Origin: Octopus bimaculoides | Taxonomy: Eukaryota | DNA: 64,000 bases | Direction of reading: 5' to 3' | Assembly (NCBI RefSeq): GCF_001194135.2 | Contig: NC_068985.1 | Span: forward strand, 73,311,516-73,375,515 | Shown here: positions 13,291 through 25,102 of the stretch, in pieces | Position numbering within the stretch: position 1 is the stretch's first letter | Layout of the letters: every line of letters begins with the position of its first letter | The notes under the pieces: generated by a model | The model's input: only the letters and a program-made list of their open reading frames with translations | Told to the model about the DNA's origin: nothing | The model's database searches: none | Translations under genes and position numbers: made by a program

Positions 13291-13674
13291 GTGCGTGTAT
13301 ATGTGTGTGTGTATGTCTGGTAATCTGTCTATACTTATTTATTTATGGGTGAAACTTATTCTTTTTATATTATGACTAATATCATGCGAAGACGAAGAGT
13401 ATAAATTATTTGCTGTGGAAATACTAGAGGGAAGTAAAGAGAAAATGAATAACTTAATAAGATTTGACTAGAAGCTGATGGGATTTAGTGAAAATGAATC
13501 ATCTTTGCCAAGGCTGCAGGTGTCTAAGATATACATATTTGGATTGGTCACGAGTTCAAATTTCACTATCTTTCGCCAGCCACTGCTTATTAGAATTATC
13601 ATCTTAATGGCATATATTTAGATAATAATCAGCTCGCGCATATGTTTCTCCTTCCGAGGTCACGAGTTCAAATT
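12625..13674 (+). repeat. Local ~97-bp direct duplication (12625-12721 and 13561-13657); second copy flanked by 17-bp direct repeats
   Basis: 7 mismatches in 97 bp by manual alignment. GGTCACGAGTTCAAATT occurs at 13546-13562 and 13658-13674. Confidence 0.9.
12950..13320. repeat. Compound microsatellite (CATA)n/(TG)n/(CTAT)n
   Basis: Directly visible. Confidence 0.95.
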
Positions 13675-13740
13675 CGTTGCAATCAATTACATGTTTTGAA
13701 GAAGATCGCTTTGATATATAAATACATAAACACACGCGCG

Positions 13741-13846
<106 letters not shown>

Positions 13847-13929
13847 CGCCTTTCTGATGAACAATTTCATGTTTTAACCATGTTACGAAAGAAAGGATCG
13901 AGCTACGTAAAATAGGGATATCATCGCCG

Positions 13930-14180
13930 TGATACAACAGAAAACACTCGGCCACGTACGACTCACACCCACAGAGAGTTCTGTGAGAGCCTCTCTCAAG
14001 TTGTAGTTATGGAGAAGACGTAAGAGGTGAGGTACACCTATCAAAACCTGGTTAAGAACTGTAGAGGAATACCTGAGAATGTGGGAGCGGGCTCAGGGTA
14101 TGGCTTGTGACTTCACTAGGGTGGGCGGTTGTACTCATTGTCCGATGTCCTATGCGGAGATAGAGGAATTAATACAAAAC
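13930..14180 (+). mobile_element. Probable RTE LINE 3' end remnant
   Basis: Translation WRRRKR*GTPIKTWLRTVEEYLRM resembles the RTE C-terminal W.RPRGRP.KTW.RTV..DL motif. Confidence 0.45.
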
Positions 14181-14325
14181 CTAACCGCCAAGAAGTAATT
14201 GACGTCAAATAAAACAAAAGATCATCTGTTTATCTCGGTTTGCCAGATTGGTCAAATTTATGTCTTCTATTCAACGTCGTGGAATAAAAATAAAACGTAT
14301 TAATTTAAGATTATTATTGAAACTT

Positions 14326-14377
<52 letters not shown>

Positions 14378-15239
14378 CACGCACGCATGCACGCACGCAC
14401 GCACACACGCACGAGCGTACGTACGTACGTATGTACGTATGTATGTATGTATGTATGTATGTACAGAGAGAGTGAGAGTGATATATTTATATATATGTAT
14501 GTGTGCTTTACAGTTTCATTATACTATATAAAAGAAAGCTAATATTACTCTATATAGTCGTAACTTTTAGTCTATTGTGAGGAGCACGCTTCAAGATGAT
14601 TGCAGCAGTTGGAAGAATTACAGCGCAAATGAATGCGCTGGCATCTTTGTACGAGGGTGTATGTTTAAAAAGTGTGTATCTTTCATAAGTACCAAGTAAA
14701 ACGTGAATGTGAGGCAGACGTGAGTGAGACACGTTTCTGAAACTTTTCTGCGTTATCTAATGTGATTTGTTAAGTCGTTACGTTTTGATGTAAGGTTTAT
14801 TTTATTGATAATTCTAGCATGTAGAGAAGCCAATTAGAAGCACCTGCTCTGATTTTTATCAGCAATTTATATCATGTTATAATAAGTATTCATTATTTTG
14901 TTAATTTCCTTGTGGTTTGTGACATAAGTGATCAAAGTATTTGCTTATATAGCTGATAGCTATCACGGTTCGTATAATGTTTTTGTTATTGTTGTCGTCA
15001 CTACGTTGAGTAAAGGTTTAAATAGGATGTAAGTTCAGAAGAAGGAAACATATGTTGTAAATCGCTAAGATGAATGACTGGGGAGGCAATATCAAGGATC
15101 AATCTTTCTATTGATTTTGTGAACTGCACTTCATGACTGATGAATCTACGCGGTGCTGATTCAAATGGCTTTACTTGATTTATATTTCTGTTGTTTCTAC
15201 CCAGTTTTCAAATTCTAATAATGTAGAATTGTGAGTACA

Positions 15240-17230
15240 AGTATCCGAAATCAATGTTGCAATAATGCAATATTTCTTTCAAGCTCTTTGTGGTAATAAT
15301 CAAGTGTATGTGGCTCTCTCAGTTACAGAGTCTATCGACTTTTTAGATTCTCTATATCTTCACAGGTGTCTCATGAGATCTGAAAAAACTCTCTTACGTT
15401 TTGTGCTTCTGACTTCTATCTTTTGATCATTGCCATGCTCTCGGAATACCGCCGAACTGCGATACAAATTAGGTGTAGGTAGTATAAAATAGCTGAAGTC
15501 CGAAAACGTCTACTGCAGGTCCACGGCAGCACCTTTGTTGCTCACAGACTCAAAATCCATGCTCGACTGAATTATCTTCACTGAGACAGTTATTATCCAG
15601 CTGGATATCAATCGACTTAGAGGGTTTAGTGTTCAACCATGAATTCTGAGGCTGGGACGCAGAGCTGCAACATATCAGTCGATGTTGGTCATATGGATAT
15701 ACAAATCTGTGCGAGATTTCATTGCACTGGATGGCTTTCCAATTATGTCGATCATATGGGGCATCTATAGGATTAATGTCGTGACAAATCCACATCCCGT
15801 TGGCTGTTTTGCATTTATGCATGTTGAAGATTCTGCTGTGTTGTGGAGAAGCTACTAGTGACAGGTATGCAGGCAGTAATAATTTGACCAGAGATCGAAA
15901 ATTAAGATCACTTCTGGAACAGAGAAAGTTGCCTATTAGCATGCTATCGTCAAACGGGATGTTGCATATCTCCTCCACGCTACACCGGATAGAATTTTAA
16001 AGTTCGGTGTGGTAGAGCGTCTGCTTGTGAGACGGTACCTTGTGAAAGGTAATTCAATAGTTTTGGTATGATGAAAAAGTTTTACAGTAGAAAGAGGATG
16101 GGATGCGTTTCGAATTGGAGTTTGCAGTTCGATAGTCGATCGTATCACAGACGGAAGGATCAATGAACTAAGGATAAGTACATCTTCTTTTGGAGTCACC
16201 TGCACCGGGTGTATTGTCAATCGCACGTCGCAGACGGATTTGTCAAAACTGTATTTGATACAGGTGAAATTTATGGCTGTAGGTTTGGATGTCTTACTAT
16301 TGAGTTTAATTCTCGACAAGACAAAGACGGAGAAGTATAGGTTATGAAGTAGAGACTGATAATAGCTTTGCATATTGTGTCATCGTTAAGTACCAAACAT
16401 TGAAAAAGTGATGTGATGCTGCATGCGGTATCGTCAACGATAAGTGCACAAAGAAAAGAGCCGAAGAGAACTGTGTGAGGCAGTGGAAGTTGTTACAGTG
16501 TTATTGACTGCGAGTGATTCCACAAAACATGTCAATAGCTAGACGGACATGAGTCTCTTAAGGTACAATTCCATCAGTTGGTCTCGAAGCATACAGTTTA
16601 AGGTGTTTCTATAACAAGTTTCACAATGAGACATCGAAAATCCGCGGATTCGGCTTAGGTGGGGGTGTCTTTCACGAATTTAATGACATTATGGATGGTA
16701 CCCTTACATCCGTATGCGACTCTGACAACGAGCGGCAGATAGCTCATATGATTTTTACTGCAAACCTGCGAACGACCCTTAGGTATAAGTCACCATGATC
16801 GTTGCCAACGACCATGGTAACTTGGCAGTAAAGACCGTAGGCTTATTCAAATCACTGTGAGTGAGTCCGTTGATGAGCAACACAATCGTCTACAACAGAT
16901 AGATTGGCTTCTACGGTATATATAATGACAACAAATCTTTGAGATGACTAGATCTGAGACCATCGACATTTCAACTATTACTTGCGGGAAAGGAATGCTT
17001 TGTGGATATAATAGTTTTCTCGAATGTCAAGTACGATGAATTGGTTCTTGTCAGAGAGATGGGGTTGAGATGCAGCTGGATCAGGACACTTGAACCGGAT
17101 GAAAGAAATGACCCGCTTGGAGTCATCTGAGACAATTACGGTCACGTAAACGTTTCGAATTAATGTCGAAGACATGGGACGGTGGGTTGCACTCAGACGG
17201 TGAATATTCGAGTGGGACATGCATGAATAG
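15240..17230 (-). mobile_element. Degenerate CRE-clade non-LTR retrotransposon (RT plus zinc-knuckle/REL-endonuclease region)
   Basis: Collinear motifs across frameshifts: VDGLRSSHLKDLLS; GCKGTIHNVIKFV; NCMLRDQLMELYLKR; VDDTACSITSLF-NVWYL[D]D (YLDD with 1-nt loss); IKLNSK..VQVTPKEDVLILSSLILPSVIRS; EEICNIPFDDS..FRSLVKLLLPAYLS; QHRLICCSSASQPQNSWLNTKPSKSIDIQLDNN; VCEQQRCC..VDVFGL; KRKRVFSDL. The PD..D nuclease core appears deleted. Confidence 0.8.
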
Positions 17231-17279
17231 CTTTGCCGAAGTTCAAACCGTTGTTTTTGATACTGAAATATACTTCTAA

Positions 17280-18300
17280 TATGCGCATTGCTCGTGTTGT
17301 ATTTGAGATCTCTCCTTAGCTGTTACTCGGCTGATTATTTTAGTTTTTAATTAGAGATAAATATTTTATGTTGCCATTTGAAATATTTTCTGCTGTTCCA
17401 TTATACTGTTGAGAGTGTGTACAGACGACTGCAGTCTTAAACTCTTAACCAATTCTGATATTATGTGAAAGTGGTTCCACTTCGCTGTCTATTATTAAAG
17501 TTTGTAAAAACATTTGCTTTGTTCATTGACGTGTGAGTCTGTCATGATAATGATAGGTAGGAGGAAGGAGTTAGGACAATAAATGCTGTAAGGTTGGGGT
17601 AGTGACGTGTTTGTAACTAACAGTCATGTATGCAAATTTATTATTGTTTTGTTCATGGTTTAGTTGTGTCTGTTTGACTTTTTTTAAGATGCAAACATTG
17701 CGGTACGAATGCTTGTAGGTATGAACTAAACAGGTGGTTTCTACCTATGACTAAGTGTACTATACTTCAAACTTGTATCGAATTACAGGACGGTGACTAC
17801 ATCTAGTATGACGTCTACTTGCATCTAGTTGAATGATGTTGTATCGGAAACTGGTAGATTGAAATTTGGTCGTAGTAGTTATTTACGTTTTGTTCGGATG
17901 TATATAACTTTGAAACTTTTAGGAGGAAGGTAAATCACGTATCTGCTTACTGCAAAGTAGACTGTAACTCTCCGTGGGGCTTAGTCTTGTAGACTGTGCT
18001 TCTCTTCCCTGTGATGCTTAGATCGAAATGAACAATATCTTAGTTTCTTATATAAAAATATGCATTTTCTTTTCATTTGATCTATACGAAGTGATTATGT
18101 TAATAGCCATCTCAGGGCCAAGATTGGTGAGATGATCATCGTTTATGTTCATCTTGAATAGTTGTAGGTTGATGGATGTATTGAAAACTTGGGTAGAGAG
18201 AAAATTCCCAGATCAGCCCAGTTGTTCTTAGGGAAATGTATTTGTACAGGATCAATTAGAAATAATATGGGTGATGAGAGGAGTATGGACGAATAAATAA
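17280..18300 (-). mobile_element. Possible very old Penelope-like RT remnant
   Basis: Weak motifs HFDLSITGKRSTVYKTKP and FLLKVSKLYTSEQ resemble the PLE FLD.S.SI....T.VY.KPT and QFLRLRRLCS motifs. Many stops. Confidence 0.3.
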
Positions 18301-18379
18301 GAAATCCGTAAGTAACACTAAATCAGCCATCTCCATGAAGCAGAGGACACCCTAGTAGCAGAAGGAAATATATAGGGAA

Positions 18380-18380
18380 C

Positions 18381-18418
<38 letters not shown>

Positions 18419-18535
18419 AGAAAGAAAGAGGAAGAGGAAGGGCAAGGAAGAGATAGAGGAAGAGAGAGGGAGAGATAGAGTAAAAGAAAGAGGGAATGGT
18501 GGGAGGGAGAGAGTTATCTCTCTCTCTCTCTCGCA
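18380..18535. repeat. GA-rich polypurine low-complexity tract
   Basis: Directly visible (GA)n and GGA/AGA-rich sequence. Confidence 0.9.
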
Positions 18536-20759
18536 TGCCTGTGTGATGGAAATGGAGTGTATTGGTAAGCAAGTTTTGTCAATCAATCAGGTGCACTTTT
18601 ATGTGTGCGGCCTCACTTTTGCATAAGGTTACGTTATTATAATGGATTGAGACTTCTGCTCCCTCACCTTTACTTCAATTGTGTTATCGATTCCAAATAG
18701 AAAGACGATTNNNNNNNNNNNNNNNNNNNNNNNNNNNNNNNNNNNNNNNNNNNNNNNNNNNNNNNNNNNNNNNNNNNNNNNNNNNNNNNNNNNNNNNNNN
18801 NNNNNNNNNNNNNNNNNNNNNNNNNNNNNNNNNNNNNNNNNNNNNNNNNNNNNNNNNNNNNNNNNNNNNNNNNNNNNNNNNNNNNNNNNNNNNNNNNNNN
18901 NNNNNNNNNNNNNNNNNNNNNNNNNNNNNNNNNNNNNNNNNNNNNNNNNNNNNNNNNNNNNNNNNNNNNNNNNNNNNNNNNNNNNNNNNNNNNNNNNNNN
19001 NNNNNNNNNNNNNNNNNNNNNNNNNNNNNNNNNNNNNNNNNNNNNNNNNNNNNNNNNNNNNNNNNNNNNNNNNNNNNNNNNNNNNNNNNNNNNNNNNNNN
19101 NNNNNNNNNNNNNNNNNNNNNNNNNNNNNNNNNNNNNNNNNNNNNNNNNNNNNNNNNNNNNNNNNNNNNNNNNNNNNNNNNNNNNNNNNNNNNNNNNNNN
19201 NNNNNNNNNNNNNNNNNNNNNNNNNNNNNNNNNNNNNNNNNNNNNNNNNNNNNNNNNNNNNNNNNNNNNNNNNNNNNNNNNNNNNNNNNNNNNNNNNNNN
19301 NNNNNNNNNNNNNNNNNNNNNNNNNNNNNNNNNNNNNNNNNNNNNNNNNNNNNNNNNNNNNNNNNNNNNNNNNNNNNNNNNNNNNNNNNNNNNNNNNNNN
19401 NNNNNNNNNNNNNNNNNNNNNNNNNNNNNNNNNNNNNNNNNNNNNNNNNNNNNNNNNNNNNNNNNNNNNNNNNNNNNNNNNNNNNNNNNNNNNNNNNNNN
19501 NNNNNNNNNNNNNNNNNNNNNNNNNNNNNNNNNNNNNNNNNNNNNNNNNNNNNNNNNNNNNNNNNNNNNNNNNNNNNNNNNNNNNNNNNNNNNNNNNNNN
19601 NNNNNNNNNNNNNNNNNNNNNNNNNNNNNNNNNNNNNNNNNNNNNNNNNNNNNNNNNNNNNNNNNNCCTTATAATATATTTTAGATTGTATTGTACGCAC
19701 GAAACCATATTGGGTGTATTCATGAATGTGAATCTTACATTTTTACCTTCATGATCAATTATGAGAGAAACAGAAGTTCAGAATTAAGACTGACATGTGA
19801 TATTTCCCACATAATCCTAGAGAACTGGTGTTAAACATGAAGATGAGGATATATTCGACGACGACGAAAAGATTATAGGGACGAATACTTTCAGATTATT
19901 GCTCTATTGGAGGAGGTGAGGGGTCGCTGTCGTCTACGATGAGGATCAAGAGGTTCGATCAACGAATATTACCTGCTCCTGAATAAACGTGTAAGTGACT
20001 GACCAGTGTATCCTTACGTCTTACTCATGCGCAATCAGCGTGACAAATTGTGTGACGAAGCTCTATCTTTCGAATTACATGTACAATCTGCACAACGTAA
20101 TCTATACAGTTTTCGTCTCCATGAGCTTATAGAAACTCACATATCTCCAAAATGCTATACAGTAGACAGGGCCCAGGGACCTCATGAAAACGGGTTTCTT
20201 TAACATTCCATCATCCAGGCTCTACTGCAACAAACGTGAAACACGAATATGTGTAGTAACGGACCTCATGAAAACATACTCACAGAACTCACAGAACTAT
20301 ATCAGTAAATATTTCAAGACGTAGCATACTGAAATAGTTAATTGTAACCTTTGTAATGAGTGAGTGAAATATTTTATATATTTTAACACGTACATTCAGC
20401 ATCCTCTAAATTTCACTATGATAAATCATTGTAAAAGACAACAAACCTTTCGGGCTTAATTAATATGAATTGAGTTTAATTAAAACTAATTGAACTTTAT
20501 TCACATTTATTTCTTTGAGAAATATTCGACCGAATTTAAGTGATATGTATTGTTGGCTAAACAAGTTGGTGTAGAGTTACATGTAGGAAGAGAATTTGGA
20601 ATAATTAAGCTCAAGTTTCACATTAAGGAACTTGTACATTTAAACAGACAGCATATAATTATTTAGATTTTTGTAGATAGAGAACACTATGCTTTGGAGG
20701 TTTTCCAAATCTCGACATTTGAAATGTTGGCAAGCTAGATACATAAATTATCCCGTATA

Positions 20760-20769
20760 TACATACATG

Positions 20770-20819
<50 letters not shown>

Positions 20820-20928
20820 AACACATACACACACACATATATCTTTATGTATGTATGTATATATATATTTATGCGTTTATATACATATATATATACATAT
20901 ACATACACACACACACACACTCACACAT

Positions 20929-20988
<60 letters not shown>

Positions 20989-21076
20989 TCGTATATATAT
21001 AAATATATATGTGTGTTTGTACACACACACACACAAACACACACACAAAGACACACACACACACACACACGCACAC

Positions 21077-21115
<39 letters not shown>

Positions 21116-21118
21116 TAT
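20760..21118. repeat. Compound (CA)n/(TA)n microsatellite
   Basis: Directly visible. Confidence 0.95.
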
Positions 21119-21604
21119 ATGTAGGAACCTAGTGAAAAATTACAGATTTAGCATTTCAAAAATATAAATAATAGAACATTCCAAGATGAATAATTCAACT
21201 CTATAGCATTTTCTTTGAAGGAATTAATTGCTTAAAGATTGTTTGCCTCAAAGATTGTTTTTTTTCTCTAAAGAACAAAAGAACACATACCAATATGTAC
21301 GTGAGTCTTCTGGAGTTAGACTGAATATACAATCAGAAGTAGATTACACAGATGTAAACGAATATTTTGCTCTAACACCATGTACAGAGTCTGACAATAC
21401 ACGCACACGCAAACATATAGAACAAGCACACGCACAAACATAGAAACAAAAGCGCGCATATATGTATATATACCTAGATACATATATCTTTGTGCGTGCA
21501 TGCGTGTGTAAGCAGACACCCGTTTAAAAACTGGGAGAGCCACAATTTGAGGTACTGCTTGTAAATGCCATAATCTCTATATACAATGAATGTCTGTCTG
21601 TCTC

Positions 21605-21661
<57 letters not shown>

Positions 21662-21662
21662 T

Positions 21663-22038
21663 GGCGTAGATATGGCTGTGATAAGAAGCTTGCATCCCAA
21701 CCACATGGTTCCGCGTTCAGTCCCTCTATGTGACACTTTGGGCGAGTATTGTCTACTATAGCCACGGGCTGTCCAAAGCCTTGTGAAACTGAAATATATA
21801 TCAGTGTGCGTGTGTGTGTCTGTGTGTGTGTGTGTCTGTGTGTCTGTCTGTCTGTGTTTGTCTCCCTACCATCGAATATTCAAAGATGAATAATTTCCTG
21901 TAACTTAGTGATTCGGCTAAAAGATCTATAGAATATATAGTAGGCTTTAAAAATTACTATGGTCGATTCATTTGACTACAAATTCTTCAAAGCGGTGCTC
22001 TAGTATGGCTGCGGTAAAGCAAGTAAAAGATAAAAGAT
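21663..22038 (+). mobile_element. Full-length tRNA-derived CORE-like SINE with internal (TG/TCTG)n, diverged
   Basis: tRNA-like head with B-box-like gttcagtccc, CORE-like gacactttgggcgagt, internal microsatellite, and tail ending gtaaaagataaaagat. Same architecture as 49868-50279. Confidence 0.85.
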
Positions 22039-22654
22039 ATATACACACACACAAATATAAGGATGCCGGAGTACTAATTCATGAAACAGAATGGGGAGTA
22101 TAGATAATGTTTCATAATGACATTAGCATAAATGTATGGAAGATATACCAAAGGTCAGATGAAAGAAATGCATCCACATTAATTAGTAAAACATATAACT
22201 TGCTGACTGTTCAAGTAGTTACAACTGAACTCGGTTTAGTGTGGTTGCTGCATGGGAAATGGATGGAAGAAGTGTGTTAAGATGTTGGCCAAGAATTCAT
22301 GCATTCCGTGGGTAGCGGTGTTGTTGCTGCACATAACGAAAAGAAATGATAGTGTCGAAATGTTCCTGAATCAGTTTGGTCAACTGTCGATAGTTGATGA
22401 ACGGAACGGGATGTGCCCAGAGTTACCTTTCTTCGGTATTTCCCATTGGTAATCACTAAAGAGCTAGAAACATTGCGTTTGGGAATCCAATAGGAAGCGA
22501 CATGAGGAAAATATGGTGTTTTTACACCTTTTATCATAAGAGAGAATCTTTCTATCCAAGGTAACTCTGTGGATTTACCTTTAGAAGTTGAAATATGTCA
22601 CAAGCATATTTTAACTAACTTAAAGTTCGCATGCATACATTTCTGTTAGTATAG

Positions 22655-23530
22655 ACCACTCCGCTTTTACCACCTCCATGCACTACAAACACAGAGACTC
22701 ACACTTCCATCTCAACTTCTCCCCTTTCCACACTACTCACACCAAACTCTCCATCTCCTACTCCCACTTCGTCCGTCTACTCATGACTTTGAGAGCCAGT
22801 CTCAACTGATGGAACGCCACTTCACCCTACGTGGATATCCCCTTACCATTATCCAAACTGCCCTTTCCCAGGCTCGATCTATTTCCCTGATCTCTCTCCC
22901 GGCACTCGTCCTATACTTACCCGCCTCTATTTTCCCCTCACTTACCACCCTCCACCCTACCCCTCCACCCTACCCCTCCAACGCATCGTTTTCCGAGCCT
23001 TTCGTCGACTCCAGTCCGACACTCTCCGCCTCCCACATCTTCCCTATCCCACCCCTTCTCTCCTTCAAACGCACCCATAACCTGCGTGACTTTCTGGTCC
23101 GTAGTCTCTTCCCAACTCCGTGTCATCCAACTTAGTTCCTTCCCCTGCTCTTGCCCACGCTGTCGCACCTACCCCATATCTCTCCAACACCACTATCCTC
23201 GCCGGAAACCACCCAACTGCTGTCACATCACCGACTCTTTTGCACCTCCAGCAATGTCATCTACTGCATCTTCTCTCTCTGTCCTTCCTTGTACAATGCT
23301 CAAACGGGACGCCGTTGGGCCGACCAGTCTACTGAGCACCTCTGAGGCATCAAACTCAGCAATGACACCACGGTCTCACGCCACTTCCGCTCCACCGGTC
23401 ACTCGGTACAACATCTGTTTGTGTTCGGACTGACTTTACACAGATGCCACCCGGACTCCTGCTTCCGCCGTGAATAAGAATTAATCTCCTCCATTTCTTT
23501 ACTCCTAATAATCTTAATTCACCACCTCTC
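22655..23530 (+). mobile_element. Penelope-like element (Neptune-type) RT C-terminus, Cys-rich linker and GIY-YIG endonuclease, degenerate
   Basis: TTSMHYKHRDSHFHLNFSPFHTTHTKLSISYSHFVRL; MERHFTLRGYPLTIIQTAL; SHIFPIPPLLSFKRTHNLRDFLVRS; CSCPRCRT; TSSNVIYCIFSLCPSLYNAQTGRRWADQSTEHL; VSRHF. Confidence 0.88.
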
Positions 23531-24603
23531 TTCATCTAACACCAACCCCATACATATTCTCACACATAAAAGCCCCTCCCCTCCCCCACGTCTATACACC
23601 GCCTAGCTCAACACCGTCACCACACGTACCATTCTAAAAACACCCATACATACTGTTCAACTCAATACTCATACCACACGTAATTACGCACCTCCGCATT
23701 CATACGAACACGCACTCACATGTACTTTCCCACTCCACACATACTAGCACTTAACACCTCCCACTACCCACATCACTTACCAGTATGCACAAACTCACAC
23801 CTACTCACCAGAACTCTGACCACACACAGCACTAAACGAACACCCAGGGACACTGTTCAACACAGTAGCCACACCACACACCATTATGCACACACCCACA
23901 CCCACTCACAAGCACATACCTTCACACGCACCTTCCCACTCCACACACACTAGCACTCATTACCTACCAACCCCTAACCCCTGTCACCCCTATCTCACCT
24001 CCCACCTCCATGCATTCCCCCACAAAACACAGTATTCACTCCTAAAAGCACACACAATGCACATTAGAGTGGCCCTTATTATTCAACTTCCCAAAAGTTT
24101 AGCTCTTACCCCTCTATCATGTTCCAATTAACAAAAAATTCATCTATGCAAGATTTTAGCTCAATCAAACAACTAGAAGGTGACCCTCATCGACCAAGAA
24201 ATTTTGAAGTTTTCGCCCGGTAAGTCTTTTTATCTCTTATATAATTTTCTCTTAAATTAAAAACTTGTTCAGACTTATTCTTGGTAATAGAAAGATAAAT
24301 GACAATAAATATAATGGGGAAGGCAACTTGCAAAGCTGGGGACAGAGTGCAGGTATAAGGCAAACAGCTATATTTAACCGTCATCCAATCGGCGGCCAGC
24401 CGCGACGGAGCGCAGTTGTGAGTTGCGTTCATCCGTTGAAAGAATTGTACTGCACCTAATGGTAGTGTTGAGAAATAAAATATTAAGAAATATACGTTAA
24501 TGATAAATAGAGAACTAATATGACGTCCGCGTTTGTAAATATAAGTTAATTTATTTGTAATAACTTGTAAGCACTCATTCATTTTGTTGTGGTGCATTAT
24601 TAA

Positions 24604-25020
24604 GGGCGACGAGCTGGCAGAATCGTTAGCACGCCGGGCGAAATGCTTATCGGTATTTCGTCTGCCGCTACGTTCTGAGTTCAAATTCCGCCGAGGTCGA
24701 CTTTGCCTTTCATCCTTTCGGGGTCGATTAAATAAGTACCAGTTACGCACTGGGGTCGATATAATCGACTTAATCCGTTTGTCTGTCCTTGTTTGTCCCC
24801 TCTGTGTGTAACCCCTTGTGGGCAGTAAAGAAATAGGTATTTCGTCTGCAGTTACGTTCTGAGTTCAAACTCCGCCGAGGTCGACTTTGCCTTTCATCCT
24901 TTCGTGGTCGATTAAATAAGTACCAGTTACGCACTGGAGTCGATGTTATCAACTTATTCCCTTTGTCTGTCTTTGTTTTTCTCCTCTGTGTTTAGCCCCC
25001 TTGTGGGCAATAAAGAAATA
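24604..25020 (+). mobile_element. Tandem pair of Nin/Deu-core tRNA SINEs (full unit 24604-24835, head-truncated unit 24836-25020) inside the hAT element
   Basis: A-box-like TGGCAGAATCGTTAG, B-box GAGTTCAAATTCC, core CGACTTTGCCTTTCATCCTTTCGGGGTCGATTAAATAAGTACCAG. The second unit restarts at GGTATTTCGTCTG. Confidence 0.92.
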
Positions 25021-25102
25021 AATTATGATATAGATCCCCCCTGTTGTGTTTGTAGCCCTGACAAAGTTGTAATACCAAGTTTGTAACCTCTCCGTTTTTA
25101 TA

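Noticed and set aside
15133-15165. CTGATGA followed by a short ATC/GAT stem
   Set aside because: It lacks GAAA and stems I/III, so it is not a hammerhead.
22250-22540. GC-richer, coding-looking stretch (minus: WAHPVPFINYRQLTKLIQEHF)
   Set aside because: I could not assign it to a family and it has stops. It is probably an old TE fragment and would need tBLASTx.
24187-24952. ORFs beginning MRNWYLFNRPRKDERQSRPRRNLNSER (similar ORFs at 37569, 47294, 61390)
   Set aside because: They are recurrent readings of the SINE sequence, not genes.
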